42,304 nt of DNA, from positions 1 to 42,304 of the IMG/VR virus record IMGVR_UViG_3300027874_000006; one strand, given 5' to 3'. Below, in pieces: positions 14,000-21,168 of this stretch. The stretch's first letter is position 1, and the number at the start of each line of letters is the position of its first letter. A program made the position numbers and the translations under genes. Source of the stretch: a virus (lineage: Duplodnaviria; Caudoviricetes). The notes beneath the pieces were generated by a model. The model searched no databases and was not told the origin of the DNA. It was given only the letters and a program-made list of their open reading frames with translations.

Positions 14000-14277
14000 C
14001 GCTCGGCCTCCAGCTTCGGTGCGGGCTCCGCCCGCACGACGGCGGCGAGGGCGGCCCGCTCCGCGCCCAGGTGGCTCGCGATCACGGCCCGCAGGGCGTC
14101 GCGGTCGAAGTGCTCCAAGAGCGCCGCGACCAGCACGCCGATGCCCTCGGCGGTCAGGTCGACCTCGATCCAGGCCGCCGCCTCCACGGCCCGCACGGCG
14201 AGGGTGTAGCGGCCCGTCCCCGCCGAGAGGACCGTGGCGCTGACGCCGTGGTGGGTGGTGTCCAGGGTGGCTTTCAC
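13996..14277 (-). CDS. Hypothetical protein (93 aa)
   Basis: Coupled overlaps on both sides and high-GC3 codons. Confidence 0.65.
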   Translation of the reverse strand: MKATLDTTHHGVSATVLSAGTGRYTLAVRAVEAAAWIEVDLTAEGIGVLVAALLEHFDRDALRAVIASHLGAERAALAAVVRAEPAPKLEAER

Positions 14278-14618
14278 GAGCCTGCCTCCCCGGTCGCCTT
14301 GGTGATGGCGGCACGGGCTTCGTCCGCGATTCGTGCCCAGTCAGCCCAGCCGCGCGCGTCCGACCGGGCCACCGCATCGACACGCCGCGCGAACGCCAGC
14401 AGGTCCGGTGCGGCGGCGACGAGGTCGGCGTTGGCGATGTCGGTGCCGGTGTTGGTCTCCATGTCTCCGAAGTAGAGGCGCGTGACCGAGGCGTGCAGCG
14501 CGTCGGGTAGATCGACCACCCACTCGCCCTCGTCGGTGTCGTGGCTGATCCACGGGGGCGGCGTGTGGGGCGTGCGCCACGGCCCCGGGGTGTTGTGCGG
14601 ATGCTGGATCGTGATCAC
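14274..14618 (-). CDS. Hypothetical phage early protein (114 aa)
   Basis: TPGPW...ANADLVAAAPDLL pattern common in phage early genes, with RBS AAGGAG. Confidence 0.7.
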   Translation of the reverse strand: MITIQHPHNTPGPWRTPHTPPPWISHDTDEGEWVVDLPDALHASVTRLYFGDMETNTGTDIANADLVAAAPDLLAFARRVDAVARSDARGWADWARIADEARAAITKATGEAGS

Positions 14619-14632
14619 GTTTCTCCTTGTCG

Positions 14633-14675
14633 CCCGACTGCTCGAGGGTTAGACTCGGAGTCGGGTTTTTCCTTT
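14633..14675 (+). terminator. Intrinsic terminator-like hairpin
   Basis: CCCGACT...AGTCGGG stem followed by TTTTTCCTTT on the plus strand, in the cro/early intergenic region. Confidence 0.5.
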
Positions 14676-14740
14676 CCGCGTGCCCGGTCGGTGTGCGGCG
14701 GGGGCCGCCCGCTCCATGGGCGCCCCGCCGGCCCGGCTGC

Positions 14741-15049
14741 CTAAGCCGTGCGCTCGAGCGGCGCCTCCTGTGGGGTTGACAGCGGCGTCGGATCGGCGGA
14801 CAATGCCGCCACCGCGGCTCCATCGCGGAACTGCCCCGCCGTGGGGCGTGCGATGGAGTCGCCTTGGTGGAACAACTCGGCCTCGGGCACCCCGAGCTCG
14901 GCCGCGCAGGCGGCGCGCAGCGTCGGGTTCGCGGGTCGGTGCCCGTGGAAGACCCGCGACAGGTACTTCGCGTGGTAGCCGGTGCGCCCCGCCAGCCAGA
15001 CGGCCGTGCGGCCATCGGCCTTCATGCGCGCCAGGATCGGGTGTCTCAC
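14741..15049 (-). CDS. cro: Cro-like XRE HTH regulator
   Basis: AVWLAGRTGYHAKYLSRVFHGHRP...AAELGVPEAELF. Divergent from the repressor gene. Confidence 0.75.
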   Translation of the reverse strand: MRHPILARMKADGRTAVWLAGRTGYHAKYLSRVFHGHRPANPTLRAACAAELGVPEAELFHQGDSIARPTAGQFRDGAAVAALSADPTPLSTPQEAPLERTA

Positions 15050-15072
15050 CGCGCCCCCAGGATACGTGGAAA

Positions 15073-15094
15073 TCATGGTCACTAGTAACCATGA
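15073..15094. promoter_or_regulatory. Operator-like inverted repeat
   Basis: TCATGGTC-ACTAGT-AACCATGA, a 22-bp palindrome with one mismatched pair, over the early transcription start. Confidence 0.6.
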
Positions 15095-15096
15095 CC

Positions 15097-15125
15097 AAGA
15101 TAACCGATTGGTAAACACGTGTCAA
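15097..15125 (-). promoter_or_regulatory. Early lytic promoter (PR-like)
   Basis: TTGACA (15125-15120), 17-nt spacer, TATCTT (15102-15097). Confidence 0.8.
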
Positions 15126-15136
15126 GCGGTTGCGGT

Positions 15137-15142
15137 TACCAT
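15137..15142 (+). promoter_or_regulatory. -10 box of a leaderless repressor promoter (PRM-like)
   Basis: TACCAT lies 7 nt before in-frame GTG 15150, with no SD and a poor -35. Confidence 0.5.
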
Positions 15143-15149
15143 CGACCGC

Positions 15150-15920
15150 GTGGACGCGCGCGACCGCGGGAGCCGGTTCCCGGACAAGCTGGCCCAGTAC
15201 GTCGCGGCGGAGCTGGACCGCCGCTGCTGGTCGAACCGCGAGGCCGGCCGGGCGCTGAAGCTCAGCCACGTCACGATCGCCAACCTCATCTACGGCGAGA
15301 CCCGCTACCCCGACGAGGCCACCCTGGCGAAGCTCGCGGGCTTGCGCCCCGGCGTCACGGTCGACGACCTCTTGCGCTGGCACCGCGAGCCGGCCGACCC
15401 CGCGCAGGACCCCCTGCCGCCGATCGCCGGGGCACCGCACGCCCCGGCCGCGCACGGCGCGACCGCGCAGGTCGACGACGAGCCGCCGCAATGGTTCCGC
15501 GAGTTCGTGCGCCGCTACGTCGAACGCGCACCCCCGCCGCCGTCCGCCACCACGCCCCGGAGCGCCCACGCCGGCCGGCCGGTCGGCCTGCCCGACCAGG
15601 GCGACGCGACCGACCTCGCCCGCGCCGTGATCGAGGCCGAGGGCTACGAGAACATCTTCAGCGTCCGGGTCCGCGGCGACAGCCTGAGCGACCGGACGCG
15701 CCCGGTCCTGGCCGGCGACACGATCTGGATCGACCCCACGCGCCCGTCGGCCCCCGGCCGCGCCGTCGCGGTCGTGGCCGGCGAGCGCCTGCTCCTGCGG
15801 ACCGTCGGAGCGGACGAGGTGACGCTGCACTCGGCCGACCCACGAGACCCGCCGCTGCGCCTGGATGAGGTCGACCGCGTCGTCGGCGCGATGGCCCTCG
15901 TGCAGATCACCGAGCCGTGA
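15150..15920 (+). CDS. cI: CI/LexA-like repressor (XRE HTH plus S24 domain)
   Basis: SNREAGRALKLSHVTIANLIYGETRYPDEATLAKLA HTH, an AG site (AHAGRP), and FSVRVRGDSL...GDTIWID. Confidence 0.85.
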   Translation: MDARDRGSRFPDKLAQYVAAELDRRCWSNREAGRALKLSHVTIANLIYGETRYPDEATLAKLAGLRPGVTVDDLLRWHREPADPAQDPLPPIAGAPHAPAAHGATAQVDDEPPQWFREFVRRYVERAPPPPSATTPRSAHAGRPVGLPDQGDATDLARAVIEAEGYENIFSVRVRGDSLSDRTRPVLAGDTIWIDPTRPSAPGRAVAVVAGERLLLRTVGADEVTLHSADPRDPPLRLDEVDRVVGAMALVQITEP

Positions 15921-16117
15921 GCGAGCGCTTCGTCTGCCCCTACTGCAACCGGGCGTCGAGCCACCCCGAGGACATCGCGAACCGCTACTGCTCGTGCTGC
16001 GGTTGCCCGCCCCTGCTCCCGAAGGACTGCCTGCACGTCCGCGCACGCGAGGCCGCGAGCCGGGCCGCCGGTGATCGCCTGTGGCGCATCCTGCTGCGCC
16101 CGCGGCCCGAACCCTAG
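15917..16117 (+). CDS. Small Cys-rich Zn-finger protein
   Basis: CPYC..SSHPEDIANRYCSCC, with a GTGA overlap with the repressor stop. Confidence 0.65.
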   Translation: MSERFVCPYCNRASSHPEDIANRYCSCCGCPPLLPKDCLHVRAREAASRAAGDRLWRILLRPRPEP

Positions 16118-16204
16118 CGCGCGTCCCCAGCAGGCCAGCGCGCAACTCCCCGCAAGGCCAGGCCGCCGCTGGCCCACGGGTCAGGTGCGGATTCCTTAAC
16201 GTTC

Positions 16205-16213
16205 TGGTAACCT
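16205..16213 (+). promoter_or_regulatory. Extended -10 candidate (TGgTAACCT)
   Basis: AT-richer intergenic patch upstream of 16294..16623. It contains GGTAACC, similar to half-sites in the switch region. Confidence 0.35.
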
Positions 16214-16293
16214 GAGGGCACGCGCCACCCCACCGAGCGCCCCGACCGACGGGGTGGCCGCCGCCAGGACCAGGCGGCTACCGCGCGCCCCGG

Positions 16294-16623
16294 ATGGAAG
16301 GGATGGGGAGAGGCCGCGCCCGGCCGCCCGATGAATTCGGGAGGGATGAACTCGTGCCGCTCACGCTCACCGTCGATGGCGACTGCCTCGCGCCGGACGT
16401 CAAGCCCGGCGACCACCTCGTGCTCAGCGACCGGAGGCCGCTCGCGGTGGGGGCGCTGGTCGCGGCCGAGCTCGCGTGCGGCACGGTTCTGGTCGGGGAG
16501 GCGGCCCGCTGGTCGGGCTCCTGGTGGCTGACCAACCCCCGCCACGTCCCGGTGCGCCTGGACGACGCCGTGCGCGTGCTGGGCGTCGTCGAGGCGATCG
16601 GCCGCGCCCTCTACCCGCTTTAG
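16294..16623 (+). CDS. Stand-alone degenerate S24/LexA C-terminal-like domain
   Basis: LTVDGDCLAPDVKPGDHLV...GALVAA...VRVLGVV. No HTH is present and the start is uncertain. Confidence 0.7.
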   Translation: MEGMGRGRARPPDEFGRDELVPLTLTVDGDCLAPDVKPGDHLVLSDRRPLAVGALVAAELACGTVLVGEAARWSGSWWLTNPRHVPVRLDDAVRVLGVVEAIGRALYPL

Positions 16624-16638
16624 GGCCTGGGGGGCCCG

Positions 16639-16971
16639 TTAGCCCACCCACGGCAGCCAGACCCGCACGCCGCCGGCACGCGGCGTGCGCGTCGGGTGGC
16701 GCGGCGTGCCCGTGGGCGTCGGTGACGTCGCCGGCGTCCCGGTAACCGCCGCCCCCGGTGTGGCCGTCGGCGCCAGGGTCGCCGTCGGCGACGCCGTCGT
16801 GCTCGCCGTCGCGGTCGCGGCCGTGGCCGTGCGCGCGTCGGCGGTCATCGTCGCCGCCGCGGCCGCGGTCGCCGTCATCTTGTCGTGGCCGGGGTTGGCG
16901 CCCGCGTCGTCCACCCGGCAGAGCGCCAGCACCAGGACGACGCCGGCCAGGAAGGCGAGCGTCGGGCGCAT
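16639..16971 (-). CDS. Secreted Thr/Ala/Pro-rich protein with C-terminal RVWLPWV motif
   Basis: Signal peptide, TA/TP low-complexity linker, and a terminal motif resembling the Chloroflexota VYLPLV sorting motif. Confidence 0.7.
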   Translation of the reverse strand: MRPTLAFLAGVVLVLALCRVDDAGANPGHDKMTATAAAAATMTADARTATAATATASTTASPTATLAPTATPGAAVTGTPATSPTPTGTPRHPTRTPRAGGVRVWLPWVG

Positions 16972-17073
16972 TCAGGAGCGCAGCCAGACCCCCGCCGCCA
17001 GCGCGGCCAGGATCAGCAGGATCACGACCAGGAGGAAGATCGCCTCGGGCGCGAGTCGCGGGCGTGGGCGCAC
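16972..17073 (-). CDS. Small single-TM protein (33 aa) in the lysis cassette
   Basis: MRPRPRLAPEAIFLLVVILLILAALAAGVWLRS. The start overlaps the upstream TAG. Confidence 0.5.
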   Translation of the reverse strand: MRPRPRLAPEAIFLLVVILLILAALAAGVWLRS

Positions 17074-17219
17074 TAGACCAGGCGGCTCGCCGCGACCAGG
17101 GCGATCAGCCCGAACACGATCTGCTCCCGCGCCGGCAAGACCCCGAACACGCCGAGCAGCGCCAGCACCAGCGCGACGATCGCGAGCACGAACCCGACCG
17201 TGATCGGCGGCACCTGCAT
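17073..17219 (-). CDS. Putative holin (48 aa, two TM segments)
   Basis: Hand translation MQVPPITVGFVLAIVALVLALLGVFGVLPAREQIVFGLIALVAASRLV, starting right after the endolysin stop. Not in the ORF track. Confidence 0.65.
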   Translation of the reverse strand: MQVPPITVGFVLAIVALVLALLGVFGVLPAREQIVFGLIALVAASRLV

Positions 17220-18602
17220 CTACTGGTCCCCCTTGCTCTGGGCGACGGCACTCTTCAAATTCTGACCAAACCAGGGCCAGCCGTTCTGCTCGAGCGTCTC
17301 GGCGAGCTGCCACACCTCGTCCCGCACCGCGTCCACGTCGAACGCGCTCGCCTGCCGGCACGCCAGGACGAAGCGGCTCCAGTCGAACACGCCGGCCGGC
17401 GGCACGCCCGGATCTGTCTTTTGATCCGCTCGTCCACTTTCCGAGTCTTCATGACCGAGCAACCCGTAGGCGGTCTCGCTCAAGACCCGCTCGCGGGGGA
17501 AGTCGTATTTGTCCGCCCACAACCGGCACGCCTCCGCCGCCGCCTGGTACTGGAAGTCGCTGATGGGGCTCGACATCGTCGGCTGGGCGATTTCGATGCC
17601 GAGCCACTCGGCGTTGGCCGTGCGCGCGTGCCAGGCGATGTCCTGGTCGTGGACGCAGCGCGCGACCCGGTCCGGCCCGACGACCAAATGCGCCGACACC
17701 TGCGCCTGCGGGTTCGCGAACCAGTGCTTCGTGGCGGAGTAGTCGTCGGCCGCCGAGGCCGTGCCCCCGCGGGTCGTGTGGACGACCACGCCCCTGGTCC
17801 GCTCGCGCGGGCCACGGGTGTAGTTGGCCGGGCTGGCCGGCGCGTCCTCGGTCGGCACGCCCAGGACGATGTCCCCGTTGGCGCCCCCGCCGGCCGGCGG
17901 CGTCCACTCCGTCAGCGCGTCCACAACAGAGGTTCCTTTCGCGTCGACCGGCGTCGGCAGCGATGGGGCGCCGTGCCAGACCCAGGCGAAGTAGCACACG
18001 GCCTTGATGCGCGGCTGCGTGGCGCACCAGTCGAGGAAGGGCCAGAAGGAATCCGTCGTCCAGGCATCGACGTCAACCGAATTACCCGCCCCGAAGTTGC
18101 ACTCGGTGATGTAGACGTCGCCCGAGCACTCGGTCAGCACCTCGGCGACGGTCTGCTTCATCTGCTCGAGCGTGCCGTAGGCGTGGCAGGCCTGCGGGCC
18201 GTCGCTCGAGAGCCAGTCCTGCCAGCCGGCCACGCCCGGACTCGGCGGCATCGCGAGCACCATCTCCGGGCGGTCGACCGCGGCCAGCACCGCCGCCTCG
18301 AACTGCCACCAGGCCTCGAGCCCACCCTCCCAGCCCTCGAGCGGGAGGTTCTGCTCGTTCCCAAGCTGTGTCAGGATGCCGGCCGCCGCGTTGCGGTTGC
18401 ACTTACCGACCACCCAGTCGATCGGCGGGTTGTCCACAAAATACGGCCGGTCGATCGCGAGCCGGCCCGCCGCCGCGGCCGCAACGGCCAGGCTGTAGCC
18501 GCCGTCGTCCCAGCTCTCCTCCTTGGAGACGGAGCAGATCGCCGGTAACGCGGGCGCGTCCACGTCGTTTTGGCTCAACACCACCAGGCCCTGCTGGAGC
18601 AT
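17220..18602 (-). CDS. Endolysin: GH-A-clan-like glycoside hydrolase plus Amidase_2 domain
   Basis: Amidase motifs VVVHTT, SAHLVV, AWHA, LGIEI, GHED, KTDPG. N-terminal LGNEQN and VYITECN motifs. Confidence 0.85.
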   Translation of the reverse strand: MLQQGLVVLSQNDVDAPALPAICSVSKEESWDDGGYSLAVAAAAAGRLAIDRPYFVDNPPIDWVVGKCNRNAAAGILTQLGNEQNLPLEGWEGGLEAWWQFEAAVLAAVDRPEMVLAMPPSPGVAGWQDWLSSDGPQACHAYGTLEQMKQTVAEVLTECSGDVYITECNFGAGNSVDVDAWTTDSFWPFLDWCATQPRIKAVCYFAWVWHGAPSLPTPVDAKGTSVVDALTEWTPPAGGGANGDIVLGVPTEDAPASPANYTRGPRERTRGVVVHTTRGGTASAADDYSATKHWFANPQAQVSAHLVVGPDRVARCVHDQDIAWHARTANAEWLGIEIAQPTMSSPISDFQYQAAAEACRLWADKYDFPRERVLSETAYGLLGHEDSESGRADQKTDPGVPPAGVFDWSRFVLACRQASAFDVDAVRDEVWQLAETLEQNGWPWFGQNLKSAVAQSKGDQ

Positions 18603-18612
18603 CAGCGCCTCC

Positions 18613-19248
18613 TCACGGCCCGATCGACAGGTTGTCGGCCCGCCCCGGCAGCGTGGGCGTTCCGTTCTTCGTCAGCCGCAACCCCACGCGGGTGTAGGTC
18701 GGTCCGGCGAATTTGGTGTCGCCACCCGCCAGGGTGTAGGTGAACCCGAGGGTTGAGCCCCACCAGCACTCGATGCTGGTGCCCGCGCAGACCGCGCGCA
18801 GTTGGTAGGTGGTGCCGTCGACCGGCGCCGCCACGACGACTCTGAGGTTCCCGGCCGCGCCGGCGTCGAGCTTCCACAAGCTGAGGTTCGGCTCGAGCGT
18901 GAGCCACAGGAAATTCTGTCCGTCCAGGCCCCGGAACAGGAGGCCCGGCGTGCGTTTGGTCGCGGAGGTGTACCCCCCGGTCACGTCGACCGAGAACGTG
19001 CCGTCGTTGCGCCCGCCGTCGCAACTGACCCGGTCCGTCGTCCCGTCCGACGCCGAGTACGCCTGGTTCGACGCGATGCCCCACGTCCCCGCGTGGGCCA
19101 CGTAGGCCGAGCCGTTGGGGTGGCTCCCCAGCGACGTCGCCGAGTCGGCCCGGGTGAAGTCGTCCACGTAGGTGGGCGCCGGCGGCGTCAGCGCCAGGCC
19201 GCCCGATCCGACGAGCGGCACACCCATCTCCAGCGAGGTCGGCATCAC
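18613..19248 (-). CDS. Virion-associated beta-sandwich (lectin-like) protein
   Basis: DDFTRAD start and beta-rich G/T/S composition, in the fibre/spike cluster. Confidence 0.55.
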   Translation of the reverse strand: MMPTSLEMGVPLVGSGGLALTPPAPTYVDDFTRADSATSLGSHPNGSAYVAHAGTWGIASNQAYSASDGTTDRVSCDGGRNDGTFSVDVTGGYTSATKRTPGLLFRGLDGQNFLWLTLEPNLSLWKLDAGAAGNLRVVVAAPVDGTTYQLRAVCAGTSIECWWGSTLGFTYTLAGGDTKFAGPTYTRVGLRLTKNGTPTLPGRADNLSIGP

Positions 19249-19463
19249 CAGCCCCCGATCCCGTTGCCCGGCGCGAGGTGGGTCAGCGACCGGACCGCCA
19301 CCGACGCCGGCGGCGCCGGGAACGTCCCCGCCACCTCGGCGACCACGTTCGCCACCGCGGCGTAGGCCGGACTGAACGCCACCTCGGCCGCGAGGAACGC
19401 GACCGCCTGCTGCGACCCCGTCACGGCCGCCTCACCCAGGACCGACGCGACAGACGGCGGCAT
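19245..19463 (-). CDS. Hypothetical virion-cluster protein (72 aa)
   Basis: Fills the gap between coupled minus-strand genes. Confidence 0.5.
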   Translation of the reverse strand: MPPSVASVLGEAAVTGSQQAVAFLAAEVAFSPAYAAVANVVAEVAGTFPAPPASVAVRSLTHLAPGNGIGGW

Positions 19464-19466
19464 CGG

Positions 19467-20576
19467 CTAGCCGACCGAAACGCCGAGCTGCAAGGCAGCA
19501 AGCTTGGCCGAGTCCCACGCCGCGCCCCCGCTGGGGTCGGTCTCGAGGAGCCTCGAGGTCCACCCCCAGGTCGTTTGCAGCGACACCGGCGTGCCGCTCG
19601 ACTGCCCGGCTGGCGTCTTGGTGACGAGCGCGACCGTGCCGCCGCCGCTCGCGTTGGAGGCGAGCGCCAGCACGTTCACCGCCGAGACGGATGTGGGTGC
19701 CAGGTCGGTCGTGTGGTAGAGGTCCGTCAGGCCCGCCCCGGCGCCGGTCACGTACTCGGCCGTCGAGGCGGGCACCTCGTCGCACTGGTCCCAGTTCGCG
19801 CCCGTGTCGGTCCCGCCCCGCGTGAGCTGCGTCAGGTCGCCGGGGGCGTTGGGGACGATCAGGCGGATCGACTCGTCGCCGGGGCGGCCGTTGTTGACCG
19901 TGCCGGCGGTGGAGTTGATGCGGAGGTCGTCGTAGGCGTGGACGCAGGTGGAGGTGCCGATCGTCGCGAAGACGGTCAGTCCCAGCAGCACGACCGCGTA
20001 GTTGGCCGCGGTCTGCGCCGTCCGCACGGCGGTCGCGTTGATGACCTGGACGCCGTCGAGGTAGACCTGGCAGGTGCCCGTCGCCGTGGTCGCCGCGATC
20101 AGGCGCACCTCCACGAGGTGCCAGGCGCCGGCGCTGGCCGGGGCGGACGCCGAGCCGATGGCGGTGAAGTTGGCGCTGTTGGGGTTGGCGGCCCCGGCGG
20201 TCGCGGCGTAGGCCCGGATCGTCCCCGCGTCGCAGGCGAGCATGACGTTGACGTTGCCGTCGGCGCCGAGGGTGTGCAGCATCACCCAGCAGGACCCGCC
20301 CGGCTCCGAGGAGTGCGTCCAGTAGAAGCCGACGGCGTCCCAGACCTCGGCGAGCGTCGCGTGCGGCACGCTCGTGCGCGAGTAGGCGGCGTTGAGGGTG
20401 GTGTTGCTGCCCACTCTCGAGGAGGCCGTCGCGCACTTCAAGCAGTAGCCCCCCGAGCGCGGCGTGGGCGCCGACGCCGCCGCGGCCGGCGTCAGCACGT
20501 TGGTCCCCGTCGCCCCAACCGAGCCGGCCTGTTGAGCATCGCCACTTTCCCAACCTGCTTGCACGATGCGCGTCAT
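19467..20576 (-). CDS. ConA/LamG-like virion protein, possible head fibre
   Basis: GAWHLVEVRL...GTCQVYLDGVQV...YDDLRIN. Start MTRIVQ overlaps the spike-base stop. Confidence 0.6.
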   Translation of the reverse strand: MTRIVQAGWESGDAQQAGSVGATGTNVLTPAAAASAPTPRSGGYCLKCATASSRVGSNTTLNAAYSRTSVPHATLAEVWDAVGFYWTHSSEPGGSCWVMLHTLGADGNVNVMLACDAGTIRAYAATAGAANPNSANFTAIGSASAPASAGAWHLVEVRLIAATTATGTCQVYLDGVQVINATAVRTAQTAANYAVVLLGLTVFATIGTSTCVHAYDDLRINSTAGTVNNGRPGDESIRLIVPNAPGDLTQLTRGGTDTGANWDQCDEVPASTAEYVTGAGAGLTDLYHTTDLAPTSVSAVNVLALASNASGGGTVALVTKTPAGQSSGTPVSLQTTWGWTSRLLETDPSGGAAWDSAKLAALQLGVSVG

Positions 20577-20839
20577 CAGTAACCGGCTAGGATCGAAGTC
20601 GCTGTACTGGCGGTCCCGATCCGCACCAGGCGCATCGGGTGCCACACGCCGGCCGCGACGGCGGTCAGCGTGACGTCGGTCGTCGGCGCCTTCGCGAAGC
20701 GCACCACCAGCGTCCCCGTCCCGCCGACGTAGACCGCCCGGCACACGTCGGCCAAATCCGCCGCCGCCGGCGTCACCGCGACGACCCGCTCAACCGGTCC
20801 CGTGATCCCCCCGCCCGCGTCCTGCCACTGGTCCGGCAT
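20576..20839 (-). CDS. Head-spike base protein (RcGTA Rcc01079-like)
   Basis: AVTP..ADL...RAVYVGGTGTLVV...VTL..VAAG..HPMRL.RI...STATSI matches the family pattern as I recall it. Confidence 0.7.
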   Translation of the reverse strand: MPDQWQDAGGGITGPVERVVAVTPAAADLADVCRAVYVGGTGTLVVRFAKAPTTDVTLTAVAAGVWHPMRLVRIGTASTATSILAGY

Positions 20840-20843
20840 CGCG

Positions 20844-21152
20844 TCACCTCCCTGGGATGTAGCCCGTGCCCCACAAGCGGCGGGCGAACGTCGTGAAGTC
20901 CTTGGCCGGCGTCACGTCCTCGAGCCCCGCGTAGACCCGGCGCAACTGGTCGAGGTCGGCCATCGCCGAGCGCAGCGTCGCCACGTCGGTCTCGGTGTAG
21001 CCGAGCGCGACCAGGTCCGGGTCCTGCGCCACGTCGAGGAAGGCCTTGGCGTTCTCGACGTCGATGAAGGCGCGGTTGAGCGCCTGGCAGGCGTCCCCGA
21101 TCGTGGCGTCGACCGACTGCTTGGTCAGGTTCGCGTTCAAGCCGGCGGGCAC
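20844..21152 (-). CDS. Hypothetical virion-cluster protein (102 aa)
   Basis: RBS GGAGGA and high-GC3 codons. Confidence 0.7.
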   Translation of the reverse strand: MPAGLNANLTKQSVDATIGDACQALNRAFIDVENAKAFLDVAQDPDLVALGYTETDVATLRSAMADLDQLRRVYAGLEDVTPAKDFTTFARRLWGTGYIPGR

Positions 21153-21168
21153 GGTATCCTCCTGCTCC

